Origin: a bacterium | GTDB taxonomy: Bacteria > Patescibacteriota > Minisyncoccia > Phycocordibacterales > UBA2100 | Reading direction: 5' to 3' | Assembly: GCA_038128225.1 (NCBI GenBank) | Contig: JAYPJF010000001.1 | Location: 94,458 to 158,457 of the forward strand | Length of the DNA stretch: 64,000 bases | Part shown: positions 18,817 to 28,798 of the stretch, piece after piece | How positions within the stretch are numbered: position 1 is the stretch's first letter | How the letters are laid out: every line of letters begins with the position of its first letter | Translations under genes and position numbers: made by a program | The notes under the pieces: model-generated | Told to the model about the DNA's origin: nothing | Database searches by the model: none | What the model saw: the letters and a program-made list of their open reading frames with translations, nothing else

Positions 18817-19533
18817 TTATAAAATCCTATCCCCTTTCGTACCACTCCAGCCGTCATAATTTTTATACACGTAATGTTGTTCGAGTTTGTTTTTCTGTAC
18901 ATGTTCAAGGATTTTTCGTATGAGTTCGTGAGGATCTTTCTCAAAAATAATTTGGTCGTGGGGGCGGTGGCTCGCTTCAACTATTTTTTTGATGATATCG
19001 TCAGTTTCCCAACACCCTTCTAAGATGCCTATTGGCTTTTTGTCTTCAAAGGCGATCGTAAACTCATGAATAGTACCAACACGCCCACACCCTATGACGA
19101 CCGCATCCGCAGATCGGGTAAGCAGTAAATCGCGCCCAGGAAAACCGAATCCTGTATAGACGATGATGTCCGAATAATCGAGCGGTAAATTATACGTCTC
19201 AACATGCTCTCGTTCGCTCGCTGCAGGTGAAAAGCCGATCGTAAAACCTCCCTCCTCTTTTGCTCCTACTGACGCGTATAGAGGCATCCCCGTCGTTGCC
19301 CCCGTGACCAAGATTGCTCCCTGTCGTACAATCTCACGCCCAATATCCTTTCCTTGTTCGTATGCATTAATACCACAGTGTCCTGTTTCGGCTGCTCCGG
19401 AAACACAGATCTTTGGCCGCGCGTGGGCATGCGCGTCATCACGAAACAATGAAACTGACGAGTGATTGTGTCCGGGCGTCTTTACCAAATCTGCAGCATA
19501 CTTTTCAGCATGCGCTCGTTCCACTTCAGGCAT
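18817..19533 (-). CDS. TIGR00725/LOG-like Rossmann-fold nucleotide-binding protein with a C-terminal extension
   Basis: CVSGAAETGHCG...GAILVTGATTGMPLYASVGAKEEGG...IVYTGFGFPG matches the LOG/TIGR00725 signature. The start is refined to MPEVERAHA so it does not overlap the upstream gene. Confidence 0.55.
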   Translation of the reverse strand: MPEVERAHAEKYAADLVKTPGHNHSSVSLFRDDAHAHARPKICVSGAAETGHCGINAYEQGKDIGREIVRQGAILVTGATTGMPLYASVGAKEEGGFTIGFSPAASEREHVETYNLPLDYSDIIVYTGFGFPGRDLLLTRSADAVVIGCGRVGTIHEFTIAFEDKKPIGILEGCWETDDIIKKIVEASHRPHDQIIFEKDPHELIRKILEHVQKNKLEQHYVYKNYDGWSGTKGDRIL

Positions 19534-19564
19534 TCGCGTATTGTAGCAAACATTGGATTGTGTG

Positions 19565-20926
19565 TTACCAGTCGATGGTGTGTGTATCTCCTGCGTACGG
19601 CGCTCTCGCACGCACCCCAAGAAAATCGTTGATCCGTTGCGAAAGAAACAAGGTCGAGCGCGGTTCACCCATGACCACAAAAACTTCACGCAACGTTTCT
19701 TTGGCCTCTTCGACAAACTGAATAAGGCTGTCACGATCTTTATGCGCTGAATACCCTGTTACGGTGCGTATCTGCGCGCGCACTCTCACCCACTGTCCAT
19801 CGATCAAGACTTTTTTGTTACCCTCCTGGATCCGTCTACCTACCGAGCCAGGAGCCTGATAGCCAGCAAACAAAATGTATGTACTTTTGTCACCCAAAAA
19901 TGTTTTTTCATGCGAGAGAATTCTACCTCCGTACGACATGCCCGAACCGGCAATAATGATTTTGGGATTTGGCGCTTTCGCTGCTCGTTGCGAATCAAGA
20001 ACATTCGGCGTAAGTTTCAATCCTTCAAAGTTAAAAGGGTCGATCCCTTTTTTGAGCTGCGCCTGAATATGTTCGTTAAAACAGGACGGGTAATTACGAT
20101 ACACACTCGAAACACGAATCGCGAGCGGCGCATCAAGGTACACAGGGACCGGTCGTATTTCTCCCGTGCTCATGAGTTCGTGAATTTCATGCAAAAGCAC
20201 TTGGGTCCGTTCTACCGAGAACGCTGGGATAAGCAAAAGGCCACGCGTGCGTTCTGCCTCGTTAATTATGTCACCTAAAAACATACGCCGGTCACTCCGC
20301 GCCTCATGATTGCGATCACCATATACGCTCTCCATTACCAGGTACCGTGCCCCGCGAGGAGAATCTGTGTCTCTTAGTAACGGCGAAGGCGAGTTACCGA
20401 GGTCGCCAGAAAACAAAATCTTTTGACCGCCGCGTTCACATTCAACCATCGCAGAACCAAGGATGTGCCCCGCGTCGAGGAAACGTACAGTCACCCCTTC
20501 AGTGGGAGTATACGGCGTGTAGTAATCCACTGTCTCCCATATCGATAACGCCTGTTGTACATCCTCAGGCTCATATAGAGGTTCCGCGCAGTGAGGGGTA
20601 TGAACGTCTCGCATAATAGAAAGCGCATCGTCAAACATCAAAGCCGCTATGTCACGCGTTGCGGGTGTTGAGTATATTTTTCCGCGAAACCCCGCGCGCA
20701 CCAACCGAGGGATACGACCGATATGGTCAATGTGTGCATGGGTAACAATCAGCACGTCGATTGAAGACGGGTCGTAGGGAAACGGTTCGAAATTTAAAGC
20801 ACTACAAAAATCTTTGTCCTGAAACAGGCCGCAATCAATTAAAATTTTTTGTTTGTCTGTAGTGACCAAAAAATTCGCACCAGTGACCAACCCGACCCCC
20901 CCATAAAAAGTAACGGAGGCGGTCAT
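19565..20926 (-). CDS. MBL-fold metallo-hydrolase with a beta-CASP RNA-metabolising domain (RNase J/CPSF-like)
   Basis: HAHIDH motif, plus DLGNSP and the downstream beta-CASP region. Confidence 0.65.
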   Translation of the reverse strand: MTASVTFYGGVGLVTGANFLVTTDKQKILIDCGLFQDKDFCSALNFEPFPYDPSSIDVLIVTHAHIDHIGRIPRLVRAGFRGKIYSTPATRDIAALMFDDALSIMRDVHTPHCAEPLYEPEDVQQALSIWETVDYYTPYTPTEGVTVRFLDAGHILGSAMVECERGGQKILFSGDLGNSPSPLLRDTDSPRGARYLVMESVYGDRNHEARSDRRMFLGDIINEAERTRGLLLIPAFSVERTQVLLHEIHELMSTGEIRPVPVYLDAPLAIRVSSVYRNYPSCFNEHIQAQLKKGIDPFNFEGLKLTPNVLDSQRAAKAPNPKIIIAGSGMSYGGRILSHEKTFLGDKSTYILFAGYQAPGSVGRRIQEGNKKVLIDGQWVRVRAQIRTVTGYSAHKDRDSLIQFVEEAKETLREVFVVMGEPRSTLFLSQRINDFLGVRARAPYAGDTHTIDW

Positions 20927-21411
20927 GAGAGTTTCCTTCCTACAGCCACCCCAACAATACCTCCGAGTACATCCATGACCAGATCAATTGATGTGTCTAA
21001 AAAGAAATTAGCTTCACGGGGAATGCCGCCAATATATTCAAAAACCTCCCACCCAAAACCGATGACGATGACGCCTGCAATAATGCCAGCATACGAAGTT
21101 GTGATCTTGGAGCGTACTCCCAACCAGACCAGCACCAATGCCACCCACGCACCGCCAAGAAAGTGTGTGAATGTATCGAGCCACACATAGTGCCAGTAAA
21201 GCGAATACTGAAGTGCACTTATATGGGTTACCCCGAGCGCCAGCAACACCAAAAACTGGACCACCAAAAGCGCGCGCGCATGCATATCTTGATGGTAGCA
21301 CGAAAAAAACCCGTCGACCTTGTGTCTAACGGGGTTCTTTCGGGGGCAGGCATACGAGCCTGGATCAATGACTCCAGGTGGGTGACCCCAGAGTAAACAC
21401 CACGGTGCCAC
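20923..21411 (-). CDS. Hypothetical membrane protein
   Basis: Four hydrophobic helices. The real start is probably the internal Met (around 21285). Stop-start overlap ATGA with the downstream gene. Confidence 0.4.
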   Translation of the reverse strand: MAPWCLLWGHPPGVIDPGSYACPRKNPVRHKVDGFFSCYHQDMHARALLVVQFLVLLALGVTHISALQYSLYWHYVWLDTFTHFLGGAWVALVLVWLGVRSKITTSYAGIIAGVIVIGFGWEVFEYIGGIPREANFFLDTSIDLVMDVLGGIVGVAVGRKLS

Positions 21412-21495
21412 TCGATTTCGGTCTCCCTGTAACTCGCCAAGCAGGTTCTATGCCCAGTCCCCTTTTCAGTATATCACTAGTTATATTCGCCCACA

Positions 21496-22101
21496 CTATT
21501 CAAGAATTCCGTCGAGGTTAACGTCGTACAGGATCGACTCAGCAACAAGACGATAATTGACTATCTCGTTATCAGAAAACCAGTGTTTTACCTCCATATG
21601 CGCCTCTTCAATTGAACCTGACGCATGGATCAAATTTCGGATTGCCCGATCATCGGTGTCCGCCATGAGATACGAGTCGAGCACGAAATCGCCGCGTATA
21701 GTACCAACATCAGAAGAACGGGGCTCGGTGCCACCAGTAATTTTCCGCACAATATCCACAACATGCGCTCCTTCCCAGACCATCGCTATCACCGGCCCAC
21801 TGGTAAAGTACTTTTTTAGTCTCTCAACGACACCGTTTCCAATCTCAATTGGGTCCTCGGAAGGCGGCGTCATGCCTTTTTTCTTATAGCCCTCTATTGC
21901 TTTCATGCCGACATTCTTTTTCCAATTCGGGTCAAGTAGGTAATGCTCTTCAACGTGCTTGGCAGTAGGTACGATCATTTTCATGCCTACAAGCTTAAAC
22001 CCCGTACGTTCGTACCTGCGGATAATTTCGCCAATGAGGGAACGCTGAACACCATCCGGTTTGATAACAACTAACGTGCGTTCTTTTTTCACATGTGCCA
22101 T
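21496..22101 (-). CDS. ndk: Nucleoside diphosphate kinase (long form)
   Basis: ERTLVVIKPDGVQRSLIGEIIRRYERTGFKLVGMK and NLIHASGS (active-site His). Confidence 0.8.
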   Translation of the reverse strand: MAHVKKERTLVVIKPDGVQRSLIGEIIRRYERTGFKLVGMKMIVPTAKHVEEHYLLDPNWKKNVGMKAIEGYKKKGMTPPSEDPIEIGNGVVERLKKYFTSGPVIAMVWEGAHVVDIVRKITGGTEPRSSDVGTIRGDFVLDSYLMADTDDRAIRNLIHASGSIEEAHMEVKHWFSDNEIVNYRLVAESILYDVNLDGILE

Positions 22102-22157
22102 ATAGAATTGCGGTTAGATAACGCCCGCACTATACCGTGCGATTACCCATTCGACAA

Positions 22158-24962
22158 CTAAATCCATCCACTGTTTGGTTTGAGTGCTTCCGGATTATAC
22201 GCCCCTGTAGAACTCTTATATCGGGCACGTATCTCTTCCTCAACCTGTTCACGTGGCCGCCCATAGCGCTCATATGATTGCTGTTTCAGTATGTCCACAC
22301 GCGAAAAATCAGTTTTCTCCGGTTTTAGTGTCTCAATATTGAATGGCTTTACCGGCCGACCACGTACCAAAAGCCGCAGGTACGCGTTGTAGTTATCGAG
22401 ATGCATAATATCTTGCGCCGCGAACTCTGGTTCAAACATAGTTGAAAGAAACTCCGCATCTTTTTCACCCACACGGAACACGCAGCGCGTACCTACGTTT
22501 CCAAATACCGCGTCTCGAATCTCATCGGTAAGTTGATCGATAAATTGGTGTGCGATACTTAGTACAAGACGGTATTTCCGTGCTTCCGAAAGAATCGTGG
22601 CAATAGACGGCGTTGTAAAATTCTGGAACTCGTCGATGTACATGTAGAAAGGTTTAATTTCGGCTTTCCCCACTAGATCCACACGCGAGAGTGCTGCGTT
22701 TAATATTTTTCCAACAAAGACAAGCCCTAAAAGCGACGAGTTTAATTCTCCCAGGCGCCCTTTTGAAAGATTGATAAGTAATATTTTGCGCTCGTCCATG
22801 ACGCTGCGGAAATCAAACGCGGAATGCTCTTGGCCAATAATGGGGCGCATAATTTCGTTTGCCAAAAAAACATCGAACTTGTTTGTCACATATTGTCCAA
22901 ACGCCTCGAGTTTTTGTTCTCCTTCCAATTTTGTAGCAATCCCCTGCCAAAATTCAACAATGAGCGGATTTTTACAGCGTGCAATTTTTAAGTTGCGAAA
23001 CGCTTCGTTGGTAAAAATGCGCGTAATATCAACCATCGTGTTTCCTGTTGCGGGGTCGTCCATGACCAAAAGCGCTGAGTTACGGAAATACTGCTCAAAA
23101 GCCGGACCAATTGATTCCGGAACCGAGCCATAGAGTTTTTTGAAAATGCCGATGAGCTCGTCGACTAAAAAAGTCTTTTGTTCTGGACGCCTCAGATCGT
23201 ATTCGAGCATATTAAGCCCCATCGGTCGTGGCAAATACCCGGGGTCAAAATATATAACATCTTGCTCGCGTTCTGGAGGAACCGCGGCAAGAATGTCTTG
23301 AATATCAGAACCGTGCGGATCGATATAACACACCCCTTCTCCGTTTCGGATATCTTGAATGATCATATTCTTCATCAGGCTCGACTTACCTGTGCCAGTC
23401 TGCCCGACTTCATAAAAATGGCGGAACCGATCTTCTTCCGCAAAATATACTTTTTGTTCTGACGCACCATGGCGATTGATCCCGAGTACTATCCCCTCTT
23501 CGGGCATGTCGGTTGGCGCAGGCGACTGTTTTGCACGCGACTGCTTCAATTCACGCGACGTGCGCACCCCCTCTGCGGTCAAGTGGTATATAGTAGTAAG
23601 TTCAGAAAAATTTAATGGGAGCGCGCGCGATACCTCCGGAACGCGCATTATGAAGTTGTTGATAACCCCTTCGCGTGTCCAACTTCCTGCTTCTTTAAAA
23701 ACAATACTGTTGCCCTGCGGGTCGCTAAACTGATTAAATGTTGACGCAAGGTTTTCTAAAATATCGCGGGCGCGCGCTTGCGTCTTCGCCGAAGCAAGAA
23801 TGCGGATATTCACCGGAACAATTCGGTTAGAGACTTTTTTACCAACACGTTCGGTGAGTTCTTGTTCAGCAGAACTCTCGGTGTTCTTCTTCTCGGGCAA
23901 AATTAATCCGGTGGTGAAGTCCTTTGCAAATTCACCAAGCATGGTTTCTGGGACTTTTCTTGCCTCCTTGAAAGACTTCCCTTTATGAAGCGCCTTAAGC
24001 ATTTTCTTGTAGTGCGCATTGTAGCGGTCCCCTTCGTTCCCTACGATGATCTGGAGCGCCGCACCTTCATCATGTTTGTGCAATTTTGCGAACGCTGAAA
24101 GCATGACGTTCATCGGGTCATGTTGGAACGTATCATACGTTTTAAGCGGCAACGCGGGATGTTCGGAGAGTTGTGCGTACGCGGCCACATGTTCACCATG
24201 CGAATTAAAAATATTATAGTCTCCGCGGCGCTCGTTCAGTTTTGCGTTTGGAAAGATTGAAAACAGGTGTCGTTCAAACAAATCCTTCTTGTTTGAGGGA
24301 ACCGCAATAAAAAACACCGCTTCTTCAGAACCTTCCGCGACAGCAATCTCCATTGAAAAGACGTTACTTTTACTCGAGGCGTTACCGCTCGCGATCGCAA
24401 GGAGCCCCGCGTACAGTTGCTCCATCGAAGCAAGAAGGTGCGCCAGGTCTCGTTGTTGTTCTTCTTTCTGTGTCGCTCCTTGCGGTTGAACTTCAAACAG
24501 CGTCATATGCAGCGCCCGCCACGTTTGTCCTTGTTCCTGTAAATAACCACCGACGGGCAACCCTTCGGCAACATAGCGCACCAACGCACGATGAAAATCA
24601 TCTTGGACATGTGGGTTACGCATGCGCGCCGAAACCGAAAGTGCATTTCTAATGCCGCGATCCTGCACCACGCGAAGCAACGCATCAATCTGTACGTCGT
24701 GCGTTTCTGGTTCTAGTTTGAGTGCCTCACGCACCACATCGTGCGTTGGCGTAATAACGGTCTCGTGCAACACTTCTGCCGGCGGCGTCTCGTCATATCT
24801 TTCGATTTCGCGCTTCGCGATTCGTTCACGCTCAAAAGAATCGTCATGCACCCCGAGCTCTTTCTCTTTTTCAGCAACACGCTTGCGCAAATAAACCAAC
24901 TCCTCTTCCGGAGTCGTAAAACGCTGCGGCGTATCGAGCGATATACGGGATCGTTCCGCCAT
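22158..24962 (-). CDS. Large P-loop ATPase of the VirB4/TraG/HerA-FtsK superfamily with an N-terminal domain of unknown function of about 450 aa
   Basis: Walker A GQTGTGKSS, Walker B YMYIDEF, and a C-terminal RKYRLVLSIAHQFIDQL motif. No transmembrane segment. Confidence 0.5.
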   Translation of the reverse strand: MAERSRISLDTPQRFTTPEEELVYLRKRVAEKEKELGVHDDSFERERIAKREIERYDETPPAEVLHETVITPTHDVVREALKLEPETHDVQIDALLRVVQDRGIRNALSVSARMRNPHVQDDFHRALVRYVAEGLPVGGYLQEQGQTWRALHMTLFEVQPQGATQKEEQQRDLAHLLASMEQLYAGLLAIASGNASSKSNVFSMEIAVAEGSEEAVFFIAVPSNKKDLFERHLFSIFPNAKLNERRGDYNIFNSHGEHVAAYAQLSEHPALPLKTYDTFQHDPMNVMLSAFAKLHKHDEGAALQIIVGNEGDRYNAHYKKMLKALHKGKSFKEARKVPETMLGEFAKDFTTGLILPEKKNTESSAEQELTERVGKKVSNRIVPVNIRILASAKTQARARDILENLASTFNQFSDPQGNSIVFKEAGSWTREGVINNFIMRVPEVSRALPLNFSELTTIYHLTAEGVRTSRELKQSRAKQSPAPTDMPEEGIVLGINRHGASEQKVYFAEEDRFRHFYEVGQTGTGKSSLMKNMIIQDIRNGEGVCYIDPHGSDIQDILAAVPPEREQDVIYFDPGYLPRPMGLNMLEYDLRRPEQKTFLVDELIGIFKKLYGSVPESIGPAFEQYFRNSALLVMDDPATGNTMVDITRIFTNEAFRNLKIARCKNPLIVEFWQGIATKLEGEQKLEAFGQYVTNKFDVFLANEIMRPIIGQEHSAFDFRSVMDERKILLINLSKGRLGELNSSLLGLVFVGKILNAALSRVDLVGKAEIKPFYMYIDEFQNFTTPSIATILSEARKYRLVLSIAHQFIDQLTDEIRDAVFGNVGTRCVFRVGEKDAEFLSTMFEPEFAAQDIMHLDNYNAYLRLLVRGRPVKPFNIETLKPEKTDFSRVDILKQQSYERYGRPREQVEEEIRARYKSSTGAYNPEALKPNSGWI

Positions 24963-24976
24963 TTCTACAGTATACC

Positions 24977-25747
24977 CTATCGAGGATGTGTAAGAATTTC
25001 AGGGCCTTGCGCAGTCACCAGTACTGTATGTTCGACATGCGCCGATTTTGAACCGTCTCGTGTTCGATACGTATACCCATCAGCATCGAGAAAAATTGCT
25101 CCTCGCCCAAGCATAAACATAGGCTCAATCGCAAGCACCATACCTTCAGTAATCTTTGGACCTGTACCGCGCTTCCCGAAATTTGGGATAAAAGGTTCTT
25201 CGTGTACACGCGCACCCACGCTATGTCCCCCAAGTTCGCGCGGGCCATTCAGTTTGTACTGTTTTCCAACAGTCTCAATTGCGTACCCAATATCTCCGAG
25301 CGTGTTACCAACACGTGCCTCAGCAATACCAGCATCGAGCGCCTCGCGCGCGCACTGAAGCAGCCGTTTTTCATCAGGAGCCGCGTTCCCGACAACGAGA
25401 CATACGGCCGCGTCTGTCACCAAACCATCATGCGTTAAACCCATATCGAGCGTGACCACGTCCCCGTCGTTTAGTATCTCTGGGTCTTCGTTGGGAATAC
25501 CATGAACAATCGCATCATTCACGGACACACAGAGAGCCGCAGGGTACGGGCGCCGTGCACCATCAGGCATATAACCAAAAAAAGACGCTTTATCGCCTTG
25601 AGATCCAATAAGTTTTTGCGCTTCTTCTTCGAGAAAGAGTGTGGAGATGCCTGGCTTAACCATCCTTTTTAGCACCGCAAGATACGAACCAAGTCGCGCA
25701 CCCCCTTCTCTGAGCGTTTCGCGCTCTTTTTCCGTCTGCGCGATCAT
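24977..25747 (-). CDS. map: Methionine aminopeptidase, type I
   Basis: HGIPN, DGDVVTLD, HSVGARVHEEP and MVLAIEPM metal-ligand blocks. Confidence 0.85.
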   Translation of the reverse strand: MIAQTEKERETLREGGARLGSYLAVLKRMVKPGISTLFLEEEAQKLIGSQGDKASFFGYMPDGARRPYPAALCVSVNDAIVHGIPNEDPEILNDGDVVTLDMGLTHDGLVTDAAVCLVVGNAAPDEKRLLQCAREALDAGIAEARVGNTLGDIGYAIETVGKQYKLNGPRELGGHSVGARVHEEPFIPNFGKRGTGPKITEGMVLAIEPMFMLGRGAIFLDADGYTYRTRDGSKSAHVEHTVLVTAQGPEILTHPR

Positions 25748-26340
25748 GTAATATGCAACACTGTACGAATCTGAGCGTGAATCTCCTCAATAGGAGGTCT
25801 TGCATCAATATAATGCATAGTGCGCCCCCGCTCTTCAAGAAGTTTTATCGCTGGCAGCGTCTCGGTTTCATACCAATCAAGTCGTCGCTGTATTTTTTGA
25901 TCATCACTATCATCACTACGGCCGCGCCCATGAAGACGCCTAACGGCTTCTTCGCGAGGCAACTGAAGCACGACGACATGATACGGGACTCTTCCAAAAA
26001 ACTGAAGCGCATCGTCAAGCACGATTGACTGCTCAACTCGGCGGGCTACGCCGTCAATGATCAAGTGTTCTCGATTCGTAAACTCCTGCAAAAAGAAGGT
26101 GGTGATGATATGTGAGGGTATGAACGCGGGGAGCAATCCCCCAGCGTTAATCACCTCTCCCACTCGTTTACTCGCGTCTCCCGAACCTGCGGCAAATCCT
26201 CGCAATCGCTCTCCCATTTCGAGTCCGAGCACAGGAGTATCGGAGTCTCTTTCCAAAAGACCTTCAAGGAGTTTCGCCTGCGTGCCTTTACCAGCGCCTT
26301 GCGGCCCGAAGAAAACTACCGTAATTGGAGCATCAATCAT
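25744..26340 (-). CDS. adk: Adenylate kinase
   Basis: P-loop FFGPQGAGKGTQ. The start is refined to MIDAPITVVFF so it does not overlap the gmk-like gene. Confidence 0.8.
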   Translation of the reverse strand: MIDAPITVVFFGPQGAGKGTQAKLLEGLLERDSDTPVLGLEMGERLRGFAAGSGDASKRVGEVINAGGLLPAFIPSHIITTFFLQEFTNREHLIIDGVARRVEQSIVLDDALQFFGRVPYHVVVLQLPREEAVRRLHGRGRSDDSDDQKIQRRLDWYETETLPAIKLLEERGRTMHYIDARPPIEEIHAQIRTVLHIT

Positions 26341-26920
26341 GCCCGTCAATATACCCCTCTTTCTTAAGAATCTCAACCACACTTTTGATGGCCTCATCAA
26401 GTTTTCCTTGCTCGTTTTTAATAACGCGATCATACCAAGGCATGTATTCTTGAATTTCTCGCGTAGCAATTTTCTTGCGCGCTTCCCATTCTTCATCACT
26501 CATGATCTGTCGTGCCCGCACTCGTTTTTCCAATTCCTCCAGTGAGTGTGGCTGAATAAAGAGCGTCAATGCATCGAATTCTTTTTTAAGATACCGCGCG
26601 CCAATAATATCGACTTGCGCAAGGATGGTTTTTCCCTGTGCAAGTAATTCGCGCAAATGAGGCAAATAAATACCGTAGTGAGCGCCCGTTTCGACAAACC
26701 GATGTTCGGGAATTTCTCCTGCATCAAGCGCGTTGAGAAACTCCTCTTCTGTAAAAAATAAGTAGTCTTTCCCCTGCTCTTCCCCGTCTCGCCGCGTTCG
26801 CGTCGTTGCGGTAACCAAGCGCACGCACTGTGAACAGTGCTGCAATACACCTTCAAGAATTGCATTTTTTCCACTTGCAACTGTTCCCGAAATAACCACA
26901 ACTCGTGGCTTAGACTGCAT
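26333..26920 (-). CDS. Guanylate kinase-like paralog 2
   Basis: TATTRTRRDGEEQGKDYLFF, the GMP-binding block. The P-loop ISGTVASGKNA has Lys but Asn in place of Ser/Thr. Confidence 0.65.
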   Translation of the reverse strand: MQSKPRVVVISGTVASGKNAILEGVLQHCSQCVRLVTATTRTRRDGEEQGKDYLFFTEEEFLNALDAGEIPEHRFVETGAHYGIYLPHLRELLAQGKTILAQVDIIGARYLKKEFDALTLFIQPHSLEELEKRVRARQIMSDEEWEARKKIATREIQEYMPWYDRVIKNEQGKLDEAIKSVVEILKKEGYIDGHD

Positions 26921-27491
26921 ACCCCTCTGTACGCAGAATACGGATAATCGCGGTCACGGTGTCGTCAAATTCTCCATCGTCGTTAAATACAATATGATCG
27001 TATTCTTTGTCAGATTCAATGATTTCCTGTGACGCTTGTAAAAGGCGCTTGATGACTTCGTCTTTCTGGATCGTTGGGTCACGCCGCACTAAGCGGTTGT
27101 ATAGAGTAATCATTGATTTCGGCTTGATGAAAATCGTTGTCGCTCTGTACGACTGCTTGAAAAAACGGGCACCGTGCACGTCAGTATTCACAATCACTGT
27201 TTTTTCCGAAGACAATTTCGCCTCGAGGTCAGGCAGGTACGTGCCGTAATGCGCGTCACGGTCTCGAACAAAAACATGTTCAGGAATTGAGCCGTCTTGT
27301 ACATGTTCAAAAAATTGCTCTTTGCTAAAGAAATAATAATCGCGTCCTTCTTGTTCTCCAGGACGCGGCGTTCGAGTAGTTGCAGAAACAGCACGTGTAA
27401 ATTGAGGGTACGCGAGAACAAGCTCGTTGGTAAACGTTGATTCTCCGGAACCCGTTGGACCGGCAAGTACCACCACCCGTTTTCTGCTCAT
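26910..27491 (-). CDS. Guanylate kinase-like paralog 1 (P-loop lysine replaced by Glu)
   Basis: SATTRTPRPGEQEGRDYYFF. The P-loop GPTGSGEST has Glu where the Walker A Lys normally sits. Confidence 0.65.
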   Translation of the reverse strand: MSRKRVVVLAGPTGSGESTFTNELVLAYPQFTRAVSATTRTPRPGEQEGRDYYFFSKEQFFEHVQDGSIPEHVFVRDRDAHYGTYLPDLEAKLSSEKTVIVNTDVHGARFFKQSYRATTIFIKPKSMITLYNRLVRRDPTIQKDEVIKRLLQASQEIIESDKEYDHIVFNDDGEFDDTVTAIIRILRTEGYAV

Positions 27492-27521
27492 GGCAGGATA
27501 ATAGCACGAGGGGTGCGTACG

Positions 27522-28796
27522 CTAGTATTCACGAATCGATGTCTGTGCGTCGATTTTCTTAACCACATCGAGAATGACGGAGACTGCAATGAGAAGCGCG
27601 GTTCCACCAATTGTGAGTGAAGCAATGCCTGTGACGCCTTGAATAATGATGGGCAACACCGCAATGGCGCCGAGAAAGAGTGCGCCAAAAAGTGTTATGC
27701 GAGTGATGATGTTTCCAAGATATTCTGCTGTTGTGTTACCAGGACGAACGCCAGGAATGAATGCGCCATTTTTTTGTAAGTTTTTCGCGATTTGGTTCGG
27801 CTCAAATGTAATTGCAGTATAAAAATACGTGAACACCACAACGAAAAGGAAGTACAAAGGTCCGTAAATCCAGTTGTTAGTCAACCCATTGACGATCGAC
27901 TGTGCGATAGTAGAGGCAAGACCAAGATCAAGACTTGCCAAAAAACTTGCCACCATCTGAGGGAAAAGAAGGAGCGAGAGCGCAAAAATGATTGGGATCA
28001 CACCCGCCTGGTTCACGCGAAGCGGAAGGTATGTTGATATGCCGCCGAGTACCCGACTTCCTCGAACACGGCGCGCGTACGTCACCGGAATAGGACGTTC
28101 TGCTTCAGTGATAAACACGACGCCAGCAGTTACCAGAAACGCAACCGCAACAAAACCGAGATACGTAGGAATTTGTGATACGTCAAAAGCAAATAACACT
28201 TGCGAGAGCGCTGTAGGAAGACCGGCAACGATTCCTGCAAAGATGATAATAGAGACGCCGTTACCAATTCCAAATTCAGTCATGAGCTCACCAATCCACA
28301 TGACCAAGAGCGAGCCAGCAACAATAACCATCACGTTCGTGAGAAGTGTAAAGAAATCTACATCGACAAGAATACCCTGTTGGCGCAATAAGGAAAGAAA
28401 CCCGAACCCTTGGATGAACGCGAGCGGCACTGTTAGATATCGCGTGTAGAGCATAAATTTAGCACGTCCCGCTTCTCCTTCTTCCTGATACAACGTCTTC
28501 AGTTTCGGCGAAAGCACCGTCATAAGCTGCATCACGATAGAGGCGGTAATATATGGGCCCACGCCGAGCATGACAATCGAGAGATTCGACAGACCACCCC
28601 CAGAAAAGATGTTGAGAAGCCCAAGAAATTGGTTGTTAGTGAAGAAGATTGCGAGTCGCTCAGCATCAATTCCCGGAATCGGAACGGTCGCAAGCAAGCG
28701 ATACACAATGAGCGCGCCAAATACAAAGAGTACGCGACTGCGCAACGTGTCATCGCTTATGACTGTTTTGCATTTTCGAAAAAATGACTCGATCAT
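27522..28796 (-). CDS. secY: Preprotein translocase subunit SecY
   Basis: 424 aa, 10 transmembrane helices, GNGVSIIIFAGIVAGLP motif. Confidence 0.9.
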   Translation of the reverse strand: MIESFFRKCKTVISDDTLRSRVLFVFGALIVYRLLATVPIPGIDAERLAIFFTNNQFLGLLNIFSGGGLSNLSIVMLGVGPYITASIVMQLMTVLSPKLKTLYQEEGEAGRAKFMLYTRYLTVPLAFIQGFGFLSLLRQQGILVDVDFFTLLTNVMVIVAGSLLVMWIGELMTEFGIGNGVSIIIFAGIVAGLPTALSQVLFAFDVSQIPTYLGFVAVAFLVTAGVVFITEAERPIPVTYARRVRGSRVLGGISTYLPLRVNQAGVIPIIFALSLLLFPQMVASFLASLDLGLASTIAQSIVNGLTNNWIYGPLYFLFVVVFTYFYTAITFEPNQIAKNLQKNGAFIPGVRPGNTTAEYLGNIITRITLFGALFLGAIAVLPIIIQGVTGIASLTIGGTALLIAVSVILDVVKKIDAQTSIREY

Positions 28797-28798
28797 AC

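Noticed and set aside
18817-19734. 305-aa version of the LOG/TIGR00725 gene
   Set aside because: The N-terminal 67 codons would overlap the upstream beta-CASP gene by 170 nt. Homology begins at the internal Met (19533).
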